Shown: one piece after another, positions 46,692 to 57,424 of the stretch
How positions within the stretch are numbered: the stretch's first letter is position 1
How the letters are laid out: every line of letters starts with the position of its first letter
Origin: an uncultured Acidobacteriota bacterium
GTDB taxonomy: Bacteria; Acidobacteriota; Thermoanaerobaculia; UBA5066
NCBI GenBank assembly: GCA_963779415.1
Contig: CAVZYA010000001.1
Span: 928,001-992,000, forward strand
Direction: 5' to 3'
Length of the DNA: 64,000 nt
The notes under the pieces: model-generated
Told to the model about the DNA's origin: nothing
Database searches by the model: none
The model's input: only the letters and a program-made list of their open reading frames with translations
Made by a program: the position numbers and the translations under genes

Positions 46692-49286
46692 CGCAGTCCC
46701 TCGACGACGTAGAGGTCGGACAGTTTCCGGCCGTACGAGAACGCCCAGCTCCTTCCGTCCCGCGTGACGTGCGTACCGAAGACGTCGACGATGCCCGTCG
46801 GGTCGGCGGGGACGAGATCCTTGTAGGGCTCCGCCTGGCCGGTCGCAAGGTCGAGCCGAAAGATCCTCGCCGGGAGGTCTCTTCCCCGCCGCACCCAGAT
46901 CGTCCCGTCCTTCGCGGCCGAACCCAGAACGATGTCGTCCGCCAGGATCCCCGGCACGGGCATGGGCTCGCCGCCGTCGAGCGACTGAAGGAAGGCCTTT
47001 CGCTCCGGCCCGATCGTGAGGAATCGCAGACCGTCGACCAGGCCCGTTCCGTTCGGCACCCGGTGGCCCTCGGGCGTCAGCGGCTTCGGCGCCCCCCCTT
47101 CGGAGTCGAGGAGGTAGGCGCGGTTGTCGTGCCCCGGCTCGGACGCCGTCATCAGGATTCGGCGGTTGTCGCCCAGCCACGCCGCCCCACGAACCCGGAG
47201 ATTCCCGAGCGGGAGCACCTTCGGCTCCCCGGGACCGGTCGGATAGATCGCGAGCTGCTGGTCGCCCGTCGGATGCACGATTGCGAGGACGCGCTTGCCG
47301 TCCGGGGAGAGCGCGAGCGCCTCGCCCTCCCCGAGACGGACGGCCGGCGAGCCGTCCGTGCCCCGGAGGAAGACCGAGTAGCCCGGCCCTCCCCCCTCGC
47401 CCGACTCGGTGAAGAGCACCGACCGGCCGTCCTGGGACAGGTCAGCGAGGAGGCTCCAGTCGAACCACGAGAGGTCGCGTTCGGCCGGATCCGCCGGCCC
47501 GCGCGTGACGACGCCGACCCGGATGAGGTCGTGCGTCATCAGGACGCGACCGTCCCGGGAGACGTCCTGAAGGGTCATGGAGCCCGCCCCGACGAGGAGG
47601 ACCCGGCTTCGCCCCGACGGCGCCACGGCACGAAGCACGCGGTTGCCGCCCGTCTCTGCCGCCGTGAACCAGATCTCCGAGCCGTCGGGCGACCACGCCA
47701 GCCCATCGGCGCTCGCGTACATGGGTGTCAGGATCGACTTCCTTCCCGACAGGTCGACGACGGCAACGGCGCCCCCGTCGTCGTTGCCGACGGGGTGGTC
47801 CAGGAAGGCGATCCGGTCTCCGCGCGGCGAGAAGCGCGGGTCGCCGATCCAGCCCGTCGTCTCGTACGAGGACCTTTCCGATCGGGTACTCGAGCCGCCG
47901 CCGGCCCGAGGCCCGGCGGACGACGGCGAGGTCCTTGCCGTCCGGCGCGAAATCCGCGAACTCGACCTCCTCGAGGATCTCGCGCGGCGCGCCGCCGCCC
48001 GTCGACGGCCGTGCGCGCGAGCGTTCCGACCCGCGTGAAGGCTCCGGAGAACCTCGAGTCGAGCGCGACGGCCATGTCGCCCGACGACGACGACGGAGAG
48101 GACGTCCGCGCCCTTGAGCCCGAACGGACGCGAGTCCGGCCCGTCGGACCGCCCGACGAAGATCTCCTCGGCGCCTCCGTCCCAGGCGGCGGAGTAGAGG
48201 ACCGACTGGCCGTCCGACCCGAAGCGGGCGTACCAGATGACGCCGCGTCGAAACGTGAGCTGGCGGAAGGAGGGCGGCGGCCGATGACCCGACCTCAGCG
48301 ACGGCGACGTAGGCGAGCGCCGGCCCCGGCGAGCGCCGCGACGACCAGAGCGCCGGCGAAGAGGCGCCTCGACGGCCGCGGCCGCGGCGCGACGCTCGTC
48401 GCCGCCGCCTCGGCCGCGCCGGAGAGACCGGAGAGCGCCTCGAGGTCGAACGCGAGGTCGCGCGCCGAGTAGAAGCGCTCCTCCGGGTTCTTCTCGAGGC
48501 AGTGCCGCACGATCCGCTCGAGCCCGGGCTGGACGTTCTTGTTCGTCGCGGAAAGGTCCGGCGGCTCCTCGCGCAGGATCGCCGAGATCGTCTCGGCCGC
48601 CGAGTCGCGGTGGAACGCGCGCTGTCCCGACAGCATCTCGTAGAGGATCGCGCCGAACGAGAAGAGGTCCGAGCGCTGGTCGGCGGGCTTGCCCTTCACC
48701 TGCTCGGGCGACATGTAGCCCAGCGTCCCCATCACGACGCCGGGCTCCGGTGCCGGCCGTCGCCGTCGGCAGGTTCGTCTGCGGACCGCCGCGCGCGCTC
48801 GGCCTGCGTCAGCTTCGCGAGGCCGAAGTCGAGGATCTTGACCCGCCCGTCGTTCGTCAGGAACAGGTTCTCGGGCTTCAGATCCCGGTGGACGATCCCC
48901 TTCTCGTGCGCGGCGGCGAGGCCCCTGCGCGATCTGCACCGCGTAGTCGATCGCCTTGCGCACCGGCGAGCGCGCCGCCCGACGATCCGCGCGCGCAGCG
49001 TCTCGCCCTCGAGCAGCTCGGTCACGATGTAGGGCGCGCCGTCGTGCGTGCCGAGGTCGTAGACCGCCGTGATGTTCGGGTGGTTCAGCGCGCCCGCCGC
49101 CTGCGCCTCCTGCTCGAAGCGCCGCAGACGGTCCGCGTCCTGCGAGTACGACGCCGGCAGGACCTTGATCGCGACGTCGCGCTTCAGCCGCTCGTCGCGC
49201 GCGCGGTAGACCTCGCCCATCCCGCCCGCGCCGATCGGCGCGAGGATTTCGTAGGGGCCGAGGCGGGTGCCGGAGGCGAGCGTCAT
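46688..49286 (-). pseudogene. K13: Ser/Thr kinase-TM-propeller broken by many single-base indels between ~47720 and ~48990 (artefact or pseudogene)
   Basis: Start [13 protein letters not shown] at 49286; [11 protein letters not shown] and LGYMSPE fall in alternating frames; intact C-terminal ORF 46688-47722 ends [10 protein letters not shown]. Confidence 0.75.
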
Positions 49287-51874
49287 CTCAGCCCTTCGAC
49301 GACGTAGAGCGTGCTGCGCTGGAGGATGTAGCGTGCGGCCATGCGCTTGCCGTCGTCGCTGAACCGGATCGACGAGCAGTCGACGCCCACGTAGCCCGCG
49401 GGGCTGGCCGTCTTCCACGGCTGCCTCTTCCCGCTCGCGGCGTCGAGGGTCCACACATCGACCGGGAAGGCTCCGGGCCGCGTCACTAGGAACCGGCCGT
49501 CGGGGCGCCATTGGGTCAGGACCTCGCCGTCCTCGAGGCCGGCGACGCGCCGCACCGGCGCGTCCGGCTTTGCGAAGTCGAAGATCGCCCACCCACCCTT
49601 CTCGCGCGCGAGGAAGCTCCGGCCATTCGGGCTCAGGAGCGGCCAGGTCTCGAGGCCCGTGACGCCTTCCAGCGTGAGGGGCTTCGGGGCGTTCCCGTCG
49701 AGGCCCAGCGACCAGACCCGGTCCTCCTTCTCCCCTTCCTGGCCGATGAAGACCAGGCTCTGGCCGTCTTTCGCGAACGAGACGGACTTGATGCTGCGGA
49801 TCCCGTGCGCCGGAAGCTCGCGCGGAACGCCGGTCCCGGTCGGATAGAGCACCCAGCGCGGCGCCGGCTTGTCGAGCCAGGCCGCCGCGAGCGTTCCATC
49901 CGGCGAGAGCGCGCCGTATCCGGCGCTCTTGCCGAGAGGCGTCGCGTGCCCTCCGGAGGACGGGCGCAGGAACAGGTCGTAGCCGCCGGGATCGCCCTCT
50001 TCCTCCTCGAAGAGCAGCGTCTTCCCGTCGGAAGAGGTGTCGAGAAGGTAGCTCCACGTCCGCCAGGAAAGGTCGAGCGGCTGAACCTGCCCCTCGGCCA
50101 ACGAGAGCAGCCCGCCACGCATCTCCTCGCGGCTCATGAGGACCCGGCCGTCCGGCGCGACGTCGTGGAGGTGGAGACCGCCCGCCTGGGTGAAGACGCC
50201 GCGCTCCTTTCCCGAGAGGTCCACGGCGTAGAGGGCGCGGTTCAGGATATGCGTTCCGGCGGTGAACCAGATCTCCTGCCCCCGCCACGCCAGGCCCCGG
50301 AGAGTTCCGTAGTCCTTCGACACGAACCGCGTCTTGCCGGAGGCGACGTCGAGGACCGCGATGCGGCCCGCATCGTCGCCCGCCGCCGGATGATCGACGT
50401 ACGCGAGGAGCGACCCGTCGGGAGAGAACCGGAGATCCCCGATCCACCCGGCCGACTCGACGCGGACCCTGCCGGGTGGGTAGTCGAGAAGGGACCGTCC
50501 GCCCGCGGCACGCACGACGGCGAACTCGGACTTCGGCGCCCACGCCGCCTGGAGAACGCCGCCGAGGATCGCCTTCGGAGCGAGGTCGCCGCCGAGGGCC
50601 GACCGGGCGAGCGTCCCCTCGAACTGCCACGTGTCCGCCACCTTGCTCTTGAGCCGCAGGACGAGCTCTCCCGCACGGGACAGATCGAGCAACTGGACGT
50701 CGGTCTGGCCGAGTGGCCTTTCCTTGGGATCGACGATCGGCGTCGCGAAGAGCTGCCACGGCTCTCCCTGCCAGCTCGCGTCGTAGATGACGTCCTGGCC
50801 GCCGGGCGCGAAGCGCGCCTTCGCGATGCGTCCCTGGCGAAACGAAACCTGGTGGAAGACGGGCTGCTCGTGGCGGCCCAGGTGAACGGCTCCCGCCAGC
50901 CATGCGGCCAGAGCGGCGACGAGGACGGCGGCCGCGCCCAGGCCGGACCACGTCCAGCGGTCTCCTCTCGGACGAACCTTCTGCTTCCCTCCGTCGACGC
51001 CGGAGATCGTCGAGATGGCCTGAAGGTCGAAGGCGACGTCCTTCATCGACTGGAAGCGGTTCTCGGGCGACTTTTCGAGGCAGTGGAGAACGACGCGCTC
51101 CAGCGCCGGCGGCATCTGGCCCTTCGTGACGACGAGCGCTGCGGGATCGTCGTGAAGGATGGCGTTCATCGTCTCGACGGCCGACTCCCTTCCGAACGCC
51201 TTCCGCCCGCTCAGCATTTCGTAGAGGACGGCCCCGAAGCCGAAGATGTCGCTGCGGGGATCCGCGCTCTCGCCCCGCACCTGCTCCGGGCTCATGTAGC
51301 CGACGGTCCCCATGACGACGCCGGCCTCGGTGTGTAGGCTTCCCCCGGCCTCCGTCGGGACGCTCGTCTGCGAGCCGCTCGGACCGGACCACTTCGGCAC
51401 CTGTTTCGCGAGTCCGAAATCCAGCAGCTTTACCCGACCGTCCCGGCCAAGGAAGATGTTCTCCGGCTTCACGTCCCGGTGGACGATTCCCCGATGATGG
51501 GCCGCGGCGAGACCCTCGGCCATCTGCGACGCGAGTTCTGCGGCCTTCTTCGGCGCGAGGGCGCCCGCCCGCAGGCGGTCGCGAAGCGATTCGCCCTCGA
51601 GTAGCTCCATCACGGCGTAGGTGTGCTCCCCCTCCCTCCCGAAATCGTAGATACCGAGAATGTTCGGGTGGTTGAGGGCGGCCACGGCCTTGGCCTCGCG
51701 CTCGAACCGTGTCAGGAGATCCCCGTTCTCCGCCAGGGAGGGAGGCAGCACCTTGATGGCGACGAAGCGGTCGAGCTTCGGGTCGCGGGCCTTGTAGACC
51801 TCGCCCATGCCCCCCGCACCAACCAGTGAGTTTATTTCGTACGGCCCAAGCCTCGCACCGGCTGTCAACGTCAT
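49283..51874 (-). CDS. K14: Ser/Thr protein kinase with TM helix and WD40/TolB-like propeller; first gene of the array
   Basis: [28 protein letters not shown]; [24 protein letters not shown]. Confidence 0.93.
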   Translation of the reverse strand: MTLTAGARLGPYEINSLVGAGGMGEVYKARDPKLDRFVAIKVLPPSLAENGDLLTRFEREAKAVAALNHPNILGIYDFGREGEHTYAVMELLEGESLRDRLRAGALAPKKAAELASQMAEGLAAAHHRGIVHRDVKPENIFLGRDGRVKLLDFGLAKQVPKWSGPSGSQTSVPTEAGGSLHTEAGVVMGTVGYMSPEQVRGESADPRSDIFGFGAVLYEMLSGRKAFGRESAVETMNAILHDDPAALVVTKGQMPPALERVVLHCLEKSPENRFQSMKDVAFDLQAISTISGVDGGKQKVRPRGDRWTWSGLGAAAVLVAALAAWLAGAVHLGRHEQPVFHQVSFRQGRIAKARFAPGGQDVIYDASWQGEPWQLFATPIVDPKERPLGQTDVQLLDLSRAGELVLRLKSKVADTWQFEGTLARSALGGDLAPKAILGGVLQAAWAPKSEFAVVRAAGGRSLLDYPPGRVRVESAGWIGDLRFSPDGSLLAYVDHPAAGDDAGRIAVLDVASGKTRFVSKDYGTLRGLAWRGQEIWFTAGTHILNRALYAVDLSGKERGVFTQAGGLHLHDVAPDGRVLMSREEMRGGLLSLAEGQVQPLDLSWRTWSYLLDTSSDGKTLLFEEEEGDPGGYDLFLRPSSGGHATPLGKSAGYGALSPDGTLAAAWLDKPAPRWVLYPTGTGVPRELPAHGIRSIKSVSFAKDGQSLVFIGQEGEKEDRVWSLGLDGNAPKPLTLEGVTGLETWPLLSPNGRSFLAREKGGWAIFDFAKPDAPVRRVAGLEDGEVLTQWRPDGRFLVTRPGAFPVDVWTLDAASGKRQPWKTASPAGYVGVDCSSIRFSDDGKRMAARYILQRSTLYVVEGLR

Positions 51875-52021
51875 TTTGAGCCCACCACCCTGAGACTGAG
51901 TCTAACCGGCAAACCTGCTTGTCCCTATGCGGTACGAACTCCAGACCGGGATCCCGGGGGGCATTGCGGCGGAGGGCGAGATGAGGGAGGCTCTCCGGGC
52001 CCGAAGACGAGGAGGCACCCT

Positions 52022-53155
52022 ATGTCGAGGACTCTCTCCCGGCGCTCTTTCGCCGGAACGCTCGGCCTGGCCGCCGGCGCCGCGTTGATCGACTCACCGT
52101 TCGGACGTGTCGCTGACGCAGCCAGCCGGGCGCCGAGGCCCGCGGGCGCCATCCTCCTGAACTCGAACGAGAACCCTTACGGCCCGTCGCCGAAAGCGGT
52201 CGGCGCCTATGTGCAGGCGGGGAGCATGGCGAACCGCTACCCCGACGCCCTCGAGGACGAGGTGCGCGGGGCGCTCGCGAGGCACCACGGCCTGGGAGAG
52301 GATCAGGTCGTCCTCGGCTGCGGCTCCTCTCAGATCCTCCAGATGGCGGACGAGGCGTTCGCAGGGCCGGATCGCCGCGTCGTCGCCGCCGAGCCGACCT
52401 TCGAGGCCGTCCTTCGCTATGCGAAGGCGATCCGGGCGGAGGGGATCACGGTGCCGCTGACGAGAGACTTCCGGCACGATCTGCCGAAAATGGCCGCGGC
52501 CGCAGCGGGAGGGGCCGGCCTGGTCTACGTCTGCAATCCGAACAATCCGACGGGGACGATCGTCACGGGGGACGAGCTCGCTGCATTCGTCGCGGCCGTG
52601 CCGCCGACCGTCATGATCCTCGTGGACGAGGCGTACCACCACTTCGTCGAGGACCCGCGCTACCGGAGCGCCGCGGAGATCATCGGGAAGGCCCCGAACG
52701 TCGTCGTGGCCCGGACCTTCTCGAAGATCTACGGAATGGCGGGCCTGAGGCTCGGCTACGCCGTCGGATCGAAGGAAAGAATCGCCGAGCTGGCGAAGTT
52801 CGCCTCCTTCTCCAACGCAAATGCCGGCGTTCTCGCGGCCGCCCTCGCGAGCCTCGCCGACCCGGACCTCGTCCCCCGGCAGCGGAAGGTGATGAACGAC
52901 ACCCGCCGCGGACTCGTGGCCGAGATGGAGAAGCAGGGGCGAAGGACGATCCCGTCGGAGGCGAACTTCGTGATGATCGACGTCGGGGGCGACGTCGCAC
53001 CCGTCATCGCGGCTTTCCGGAAAAGGAACATCCTCGTCGGCCGGAAGTTCGCGTCGCTCCCGAACTGGCTCCGGATCACGATCGGGACACCCGACGAGAT
53101 GCGGGCTTTTTCGGCCGCTCTCGCCGAGATCGTGCCGGCGAAGGTGGCGGCCTGA
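52022..53155 (+). CDS. HisC-like PLP-dependent aminotransferase (class I/II) with twin-arginine signal
   Basis: LNSNENPYGPSP, CNPNNPTG, VDEAY, RTFSKIYGMAGLRLGY; N-terminal SRRSF Tat motif; AGGAGG RBS. Confidence 0.88.
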   Translation: MSRTLSRRSFAGTLGLAAGAALIDSPFGRVADAASRAPRPAGAILLNSNENPYGPSPKAVGAYVQAGSMANRYPDALEDEVRGALARHHGLGEDQVVLGCGSSQILQMADEAFAGPDRRVVAAEPTFEAVLRYAKAIRAEGITVPLTRDFRHDLPKMAAAAAGGAGLVYVCNPNNPTGTIVTGDELAAFVAAVPPTVMILVDEAYHHFVEDPRYRSAAEIIGKAPNVVVARTFSKIYGMAGLRLGYAVGSKERIAELAKFASFSNANAGVLAAALASLADPDLVPRQRKVMNDTRRGLVAEMEKQGRRTIPSEANFVMIDVGGDVAPVIAAFRKRNILVGRKFASLPNWLRITIGTPDEMRAFSAALAEIVPAKVAA

Positions 53156-53169
53156 CGCGCCGCCCTTCC

Positions 53170-54363
53170 ATGAGCCCGTCCCTCCTCGTCCTGAACGCCG
53201 GATCGTCGTCGATCAAGTTCGCCGTCTACCGGACCGAAGGCGGGACGCCCGAGCGGCTCGTCGGGGGGAAGCTCGACGGGATCGGCGTCCGGCCGGAGTT
53301 CTCGGCGAAGGGAGCGTCCGGCGAGACGCTGGAACAGCGATCGTTCTCCGCCGAAGAAATCCCGGATCACGGAGAAGCCCTCGTTCCGGTCGACGAATTC
53401 CTTCGCAGACGACTTCCCGGGGAGAGGCCCGCGGCGGTCGGCCACCGGGTCGTCCACGGAGGCTCGCGCTTTCTGGCGCCCACCCGCGTGGACGAAGCGA
53501 CGCTTGCCGAGCTGGAAACGCTCGTTTCCATCGATCCGCTTCACCAGCTTCCCAGCCTGACCGCTCTCAAGGCCGCCCGGGCCCGGTACCCCGGCGCGAC
53601 CCACGTCGCCTGCTTCGACACGGCGTTCCACCGGAGCCACCCGGAGATCGCCGACACCCTCGCGCTCCCCCGGGCGCTCCGGGAGGCGGGCCTCCGCCGT
53701 TACGGCTTCCACGGCCTCTCGTACGAGTACATCGCCGGTCGGCTCCGCGAGATCGACCCCGCGGCGGCCCGTGGTCGGGTCGTCGTCGCGCATCTCGGAA
53801 ACGGCGCGAGCCTCTGCGCTCTCGAGGACGGGCGGAGCGTCGACTCGACGATGACCTTCACGGCCCTCGACGGTCTCGTCATGGGGACGCGGCCGGGCGC
53901 CCTCGACGCCGGGGCCGTCCTCTGGCTTCTGGGCCGCGGATGGGACCGGGAGCGCCTGACGCGCCTTCTCTGGCACGAGTCGGGCCTTCTCGCCCTCTCG
54001 GAGACGAGCCCGGACCTTCGGGACCTGCTCGGAAGCGAGGCTCCCTCCGCGCGCCTCGCAGTCGGTGTCTTCGTCTACGCGGCCGTCAAGCAGGCGGCGG
54101 GGATGGCGGCCGCCCTCGGCGGCCTCGACGCGCTCGTTTTCACGGCCGGAATCGGCGAGAACCAGCCGGAGACCCGGTCGCGGATCTCGGCCGGACTCCG
54201 GTTCCTCGGGGTCGAGCTGGACGAGGAGGCGAACCGGCGCGGAGATGTCCGGATCTCGAAGGAGGGAGCGTCCGTCTCGACGTACGTCATCCCGACCGAC
54301 GAGGAGAGCGTCATCGCCCGTCATACGCTCCTCCTGTCGTCGCGACCGTCTTTTCCTTCCTGA
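53170..54363 (+). CDS. ackA: Acetate/propionate kinase
   Basis: VLNAGSSSIKF, GHRVVHGG, FDTAFH, RRYGFHGLSY, HLGNGAS, FTAGIGEN, IPTDEE. Confidence 0.95.
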   Translation: MSPSLLVLNAGSSSIKFAVYRTEGGTPERLVGGKLDGIGVRPEFSAKGASGETLEQRSFSAEEIPDHGEALVPVDEFLRRRLPGERPAAVGHRVVHGGSRFLAPTRVDEATLAELETLVSIDPLHQLPSLTALKAARARYPGATHVACFDTAFHRSHPEIADTLALPRALREAGLRRYGFHGLSYEYIAGRLREIDPAAARGRVVVAHLGNGASLCALEDGRSVDSTMTFTALDGLVMGTRPGALDAGAVLWLLGRGWDRERLTRLLWHESGLLALSETSPDLRDLLGSEAPSARLAVGVFVYAAVKQAAGMAAALGGLDALVFTAGIGENQPETRSRISAGLRFLGVELDEEANRRGDVRISKEGASVSTYVIPTDEESVIARHTLLLSSRPSFPS

Positions 54364-54405
54364 ACCGTCCGGACCTACGATCCTGTTCCGGAAAGGGAGG
54401 CCCCC

Positions 54406-56874
54406 ATGCCGAAGACGTCCGGACCGAAGGCTACCGTTCCCAAGCCCGCCCCCTCGAGGAACCCGCGCGGCCCTCTCTCGCGGGACGAGGTTCGCCGGAT
54501 CCACGGCTACTGGCGCGCCGCGAACTACCTGTCGGTCGGGCAGATCTATCTCTACGACAACCCGCTCCTGAAGAAGCCGCTCTCCCTCGAGCACGTGAAG
54601 CCGCGCCTGCTCGGGCACTGGGGAACGACGCCCGGGCTCAACTTCACCTACGCGCACCTCAACCGCGTCATCAAGCTCCGCGACCTCGACATGATCTACG
54701 TCATCGGGCCGGGGCACGGCGGGCCGGCCCTCGTGGCGAACGCGTACCTCGAAGGGACGTACAGCGAGGTCTACCCGCAGATCGGCCGGGACGAGGAGGG
54801 GCTGAAGCGCCTCTTTACGCAGTTCTCGTTCCCGGGGGGGATTCCGAGCCACGTCGCACCCGAGACGCCCGGCTCCATCCACGAAGGGGGCGAGCTGGGC
54901 TATGCCCTGTCGCACGCCTACGGAGCCGCCTTCGACAACCCCGGACTGATCGTGGCCTGCATCGTCGGGGACGGCGAGGCGGAGACCGGGCCGCTCGCCA
55001 CGAGCTGGCACTCGAACAAGTTCCTCGACCCGGTGGGCGACGGGGCGGTCCTCCCGATCCTGCACCTCAACGGCTACAAGATCGCGAACCCCTGCGTCCT
55101 GGCCCGCATCCCCCGCGAGGAGCTGGAGCAGCTCTTCCGCGGCTACGGCTACGACCCCGCCTTCGTCGAGGGGGAGGAGCCGGAGGCGATGCACCAGCTC
55201 ATGGCCGCCGCCCTCGACGACGCGATCGAGAAGATCCATGGCATCCAGAGAGCCGCCCGCAAGGAGGGACGGGCAGAGAGGCCTCGCTGGCCGATGATCG
55301 TCCTTCGCTCTCCCAAGGGGTGGACGGGGCCGAAGGAAGTCGACGGGAAGAAGACCGAGGGGTCGTGGCGCTCGCACCAGGTGCCGATGGGCGACATGGC
55401 GAAGCCGGGACACGTGAAGATCCTCGAGAACTGGCTCCGAAGCTACAGGCCGGAGGAGCTCTTCGACGCCAGCGGCGTTCTCGCTCCGGAGCTGGCCGCG
55501 CTTCCCCCCGGCGGGACACGCCGCATGAGCGCCAACCCGCACGCCAACGGCGGCCTCCTCCTCCGGGATCTCCGGATGCCCGACTTCCGCGACTACGCCG
55601 TCGAAGTGCCGAAGCCGGGGGCGACGGACGCCGAGGCGACGCGGGTCATGGGCGCCTTCCTCCGCGACGTGATGAAGCAGAATCTCGATTCGCGGAATCT
55701 CCGCCTCTTCAGCCCGGACGAGAACAACTCGAACCGGTGGGGGGACGTCCTTTCGGTCACGAACCGCGCCTGGGTCGCCGAGACGCTGCCCGACGACGAC
55801 CACCTCGCCCGCGGCGGGCGCGTCATGGAGATGCTGTCGGAGCACCAGTGCCAGGGGTGGCTGGAGGGATACCTCCTGACGGGACGCCACGGCTTCTTCT
55901 CGTGCTACGAGGCCTTCATCCACATCATCGACTCGATGTTCAACCAGCACGCCAAGTGGCTGAAGGTCTGCAACGATATTCCGTGGCGGAGGCCGATCGC
56001 CTCGCTGAACTACCTACTGAGCTCGCACGTCTGGCGGCAGGACCACAACGGCTTCTCGCACCAGGACCCGGGCTTCATCGACCACGTGGTGAACAAGAAG
56101 GCTGGGATCGTCCGCGTCTATCTCCCCCCGGACGCCAACTGCCTCCTCAGCGTGACCGACCACTGTCTCAGGAGCCGCAACTACATCAACGTGGTCGTGG
56201 CTGGCAAGCAGCCCGCCCCGCAGTGGCTCACGATGGACCAGGCCATCAAGCACTGCACGGCCGGTATCGGGATCTGGGACTGGGCGAGCAACGATCGGGA
56301 CGGCGAACCGGACGTCGTCATGGCCTGCGCGGGAGACGTCCCGACGCTCGAGACGCTCGCGGCGGTGTCGATTCTCCGCAAGCACGTCCCGGCCCTCCGG
56401 ATCCGCGTGATCAACGTCGTGAACCTGATGAAGCTGCAGCCGCAGAGCGAGCATCCGCACGGGCTCTCCGACCCGGACTTCGACGCCCTCTTCACCAGGG
56501 ACAAGCCGATCGTCTTCGCCTTCCACGGCTACCCGTGGCTCATCCACCGCCTCACCTACCGCCGGACGAACCACGCGAACCTGCACGTCCGCGGCTACAA
56601 GGAGGAGGGGACGACGACGACGCCGTTCGACATGGCGGTGCTGAACGAGATGGACCGCTTCCATCTCGCCCAGGACGTCATCGACCGGCTGCCGCAGCTC
56701 GGCTCGCGGAGGGCCTACGCCAAGCAGGCCATCCGCGACCGGCTCCTCGACCACAAGAACTACATCGGCCGCTTCGGCGACGACATGCCCGGGATCCACG
56801 ACTGGAGGTGGGGCGCCGACGCTCCCGCCGCCCCGCACCGCGGCCGGCCGGACACCTCAGCGGACAACGTCTGA
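54406..56874 (+). CDS. xfp: Phosphoketolase (xylulose-5-P/fructose-6-P)
   Basis: [66 protein letters not shown]. Confidence 0.96.
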   Translation: MPKTSGPKATVPKPAPSRNPRGPLSRDEVRRIHGYWRAANYLSVGQIYLYDNPLLKKPLSLEHVKPRLLGHWGTTPGLNFTYAHLNRVIKLRDLDMIYVIGPGHGGPALVANAYLEGTYSEVYPQIGRDEEGLKRLFTQFSFPGGIPSHVAPETPGSIHEGGELGYALSHAYGAAFDNPGLIVACIVGDGEAETGPLATSWHSNKFLDPVGDGAVLPILHLNGYKIANPCVLARIPREELEQLFRGYGYDPAFVEGEEPEAMHQLMAAALDDAIEKIHGIQRAARKEGRAERPRWPMIVLRSPKGWTGPKEVDGKKTEGSWRSHQVPMGDMAKPGHVKILENWLRSYRPEELFDASGVLAPELAALPPGGTRRMSANPHANGGLLLRDLRMPDFRDYAVEVPKPGATDAEATRVMGAFLRDVMKQNLDSRNLRLFSPDENNSNRWGDVLSVTNRAWVAETLPDDDHLARGGRVMEMLSEHQCQGWLEGYLLTGRHGFFSCYEAFIHIIDSMFNQHAKWLKVCNDIPWRRPIASLNYLLSSHVWRQDHNGFSHQDPGFIDHVVNKKAGIVRVYLPPDANCLLSVTDHCLRSRNYINVVVAGKQPAPQWLTMDQAIKHCTAGIGIWDWASNDRDGEPDVVMACAGDVPTLETLAAVSILRKHVPALRIRVINVVNLMKLQPQSEHPHGLSDPDFDALFTRDKPIVFAFHGYPWLIHRLTYRRTNHANLHVRGYKEEGTTTTPFDMAVLNEMDRFHLAQDVIDRLPQLGSRRAYAKQAIRDRLLDHKNYIGRFGDDMPGIHDWRWGADAPAAPHRGRPDTSADNV

Positions 56875-56938
56875 AGGGCGCACTCCCCAAAGAGCAGCGC
56901 GCGGGCCTCCGTCGGCGGGTATCGCCGGGACCGTCCGT

Positions 56939-57394
56939 TCACTCCTCATGGCCTCCGGGATCCTTGCTTCGGTCCTCCGGCGTCTTGCCATAGTTCCCGC
57001 AGAGGTACTGAATGCCGACCATCATGACCGCCTCCCACGCCTTTCCGACCTCGGGGTCGTACTCCGGGTCGCACTCCCGCACGGTCACGAGGAGGCTGTC
57101 GAGCCAGAGGTCGTAGAGTTCGGCGCCGATGTCGAGCTGCCCGGCGCCGTGCTGGGCGGCGATGTCGGCGAGATACGGGTCCGGGCCGCGCGCCTCGTCC
57201 TCAGCGGCGAGGACGAGATGGTGGAACGAGGCCCGAAGGGCCCGCTTCTGCCGGACGAAGTTCGTCCCTTTGAACTTCTCCCCGACAACGGGCGAGGAGG
57301 CGAGGAACTTCTCGTAGAAGAGATCGAGGAAGCCCGGCCGGGCCTCGCAGCGCCGGAGGCTCTCCTCGAAGACGTCCAGCGTATGGGAATCCAT
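56939..57394 (-). CDS. Single-domain globin
   Basis: FLDLFYEKFL (B10 Tyr), EKF (CD1 Phe), RQKRAL (E7 Gln), IAAQH (F8 His), YDLWLDSLL, AW. Confidence 0.85.
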   Translation of the reverse strand: MDSHTLDVFEESLRRCEARPGFLDLFYEKFLASSPVVGEKFKGTNFVRQKRALRASFHHLVLAAEDEARGPDPYLADIAAQHGAGQLDIGAELYDLWLDSLLVTVRECDPEYDPEVGKAWEAVMMVGIQYLCGNYGKTPEDRSKDPGGHEE

Positions 57395-57408
57395 CTTTCC
57401 GGGCGGGG

Positions 57409-57414
57409 ATTATA
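57409..57414 (-). promoter_or_regulatory. Consensus -10 (TATAAT) upstream of the globin gene
   Basis: Perfect TATAAT 14 nt before the ATG in a 30-nt intergenic gap. Confidence 0.45.
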
Positions 57415-57424
57415 AGACCGGGTC

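Noticed and set aside
41466-47180. 1904-aa ORF resembling a tandem double-kinase fusion
   Set aside because: It is created by frameshifts in K12 that run into the K11 frame through ~185 aa of off-frame sequence; K12's true C-terminus lies in ORF 44114-44800 and K11 has its own start at 44117
23659-51874. Integron-like or site-specific recombination cassette array
   Set aside because: No integrase or recombinase, and genes overlap or nearly abut, leaving no room for attC-like sites; homologous recombination is sufficient
3664-51874. Pseudokinase decoys among the paralogs
   Set aside because: All 14 retain the catalytic Lys, HRD and DFG once frameshifts are corrected
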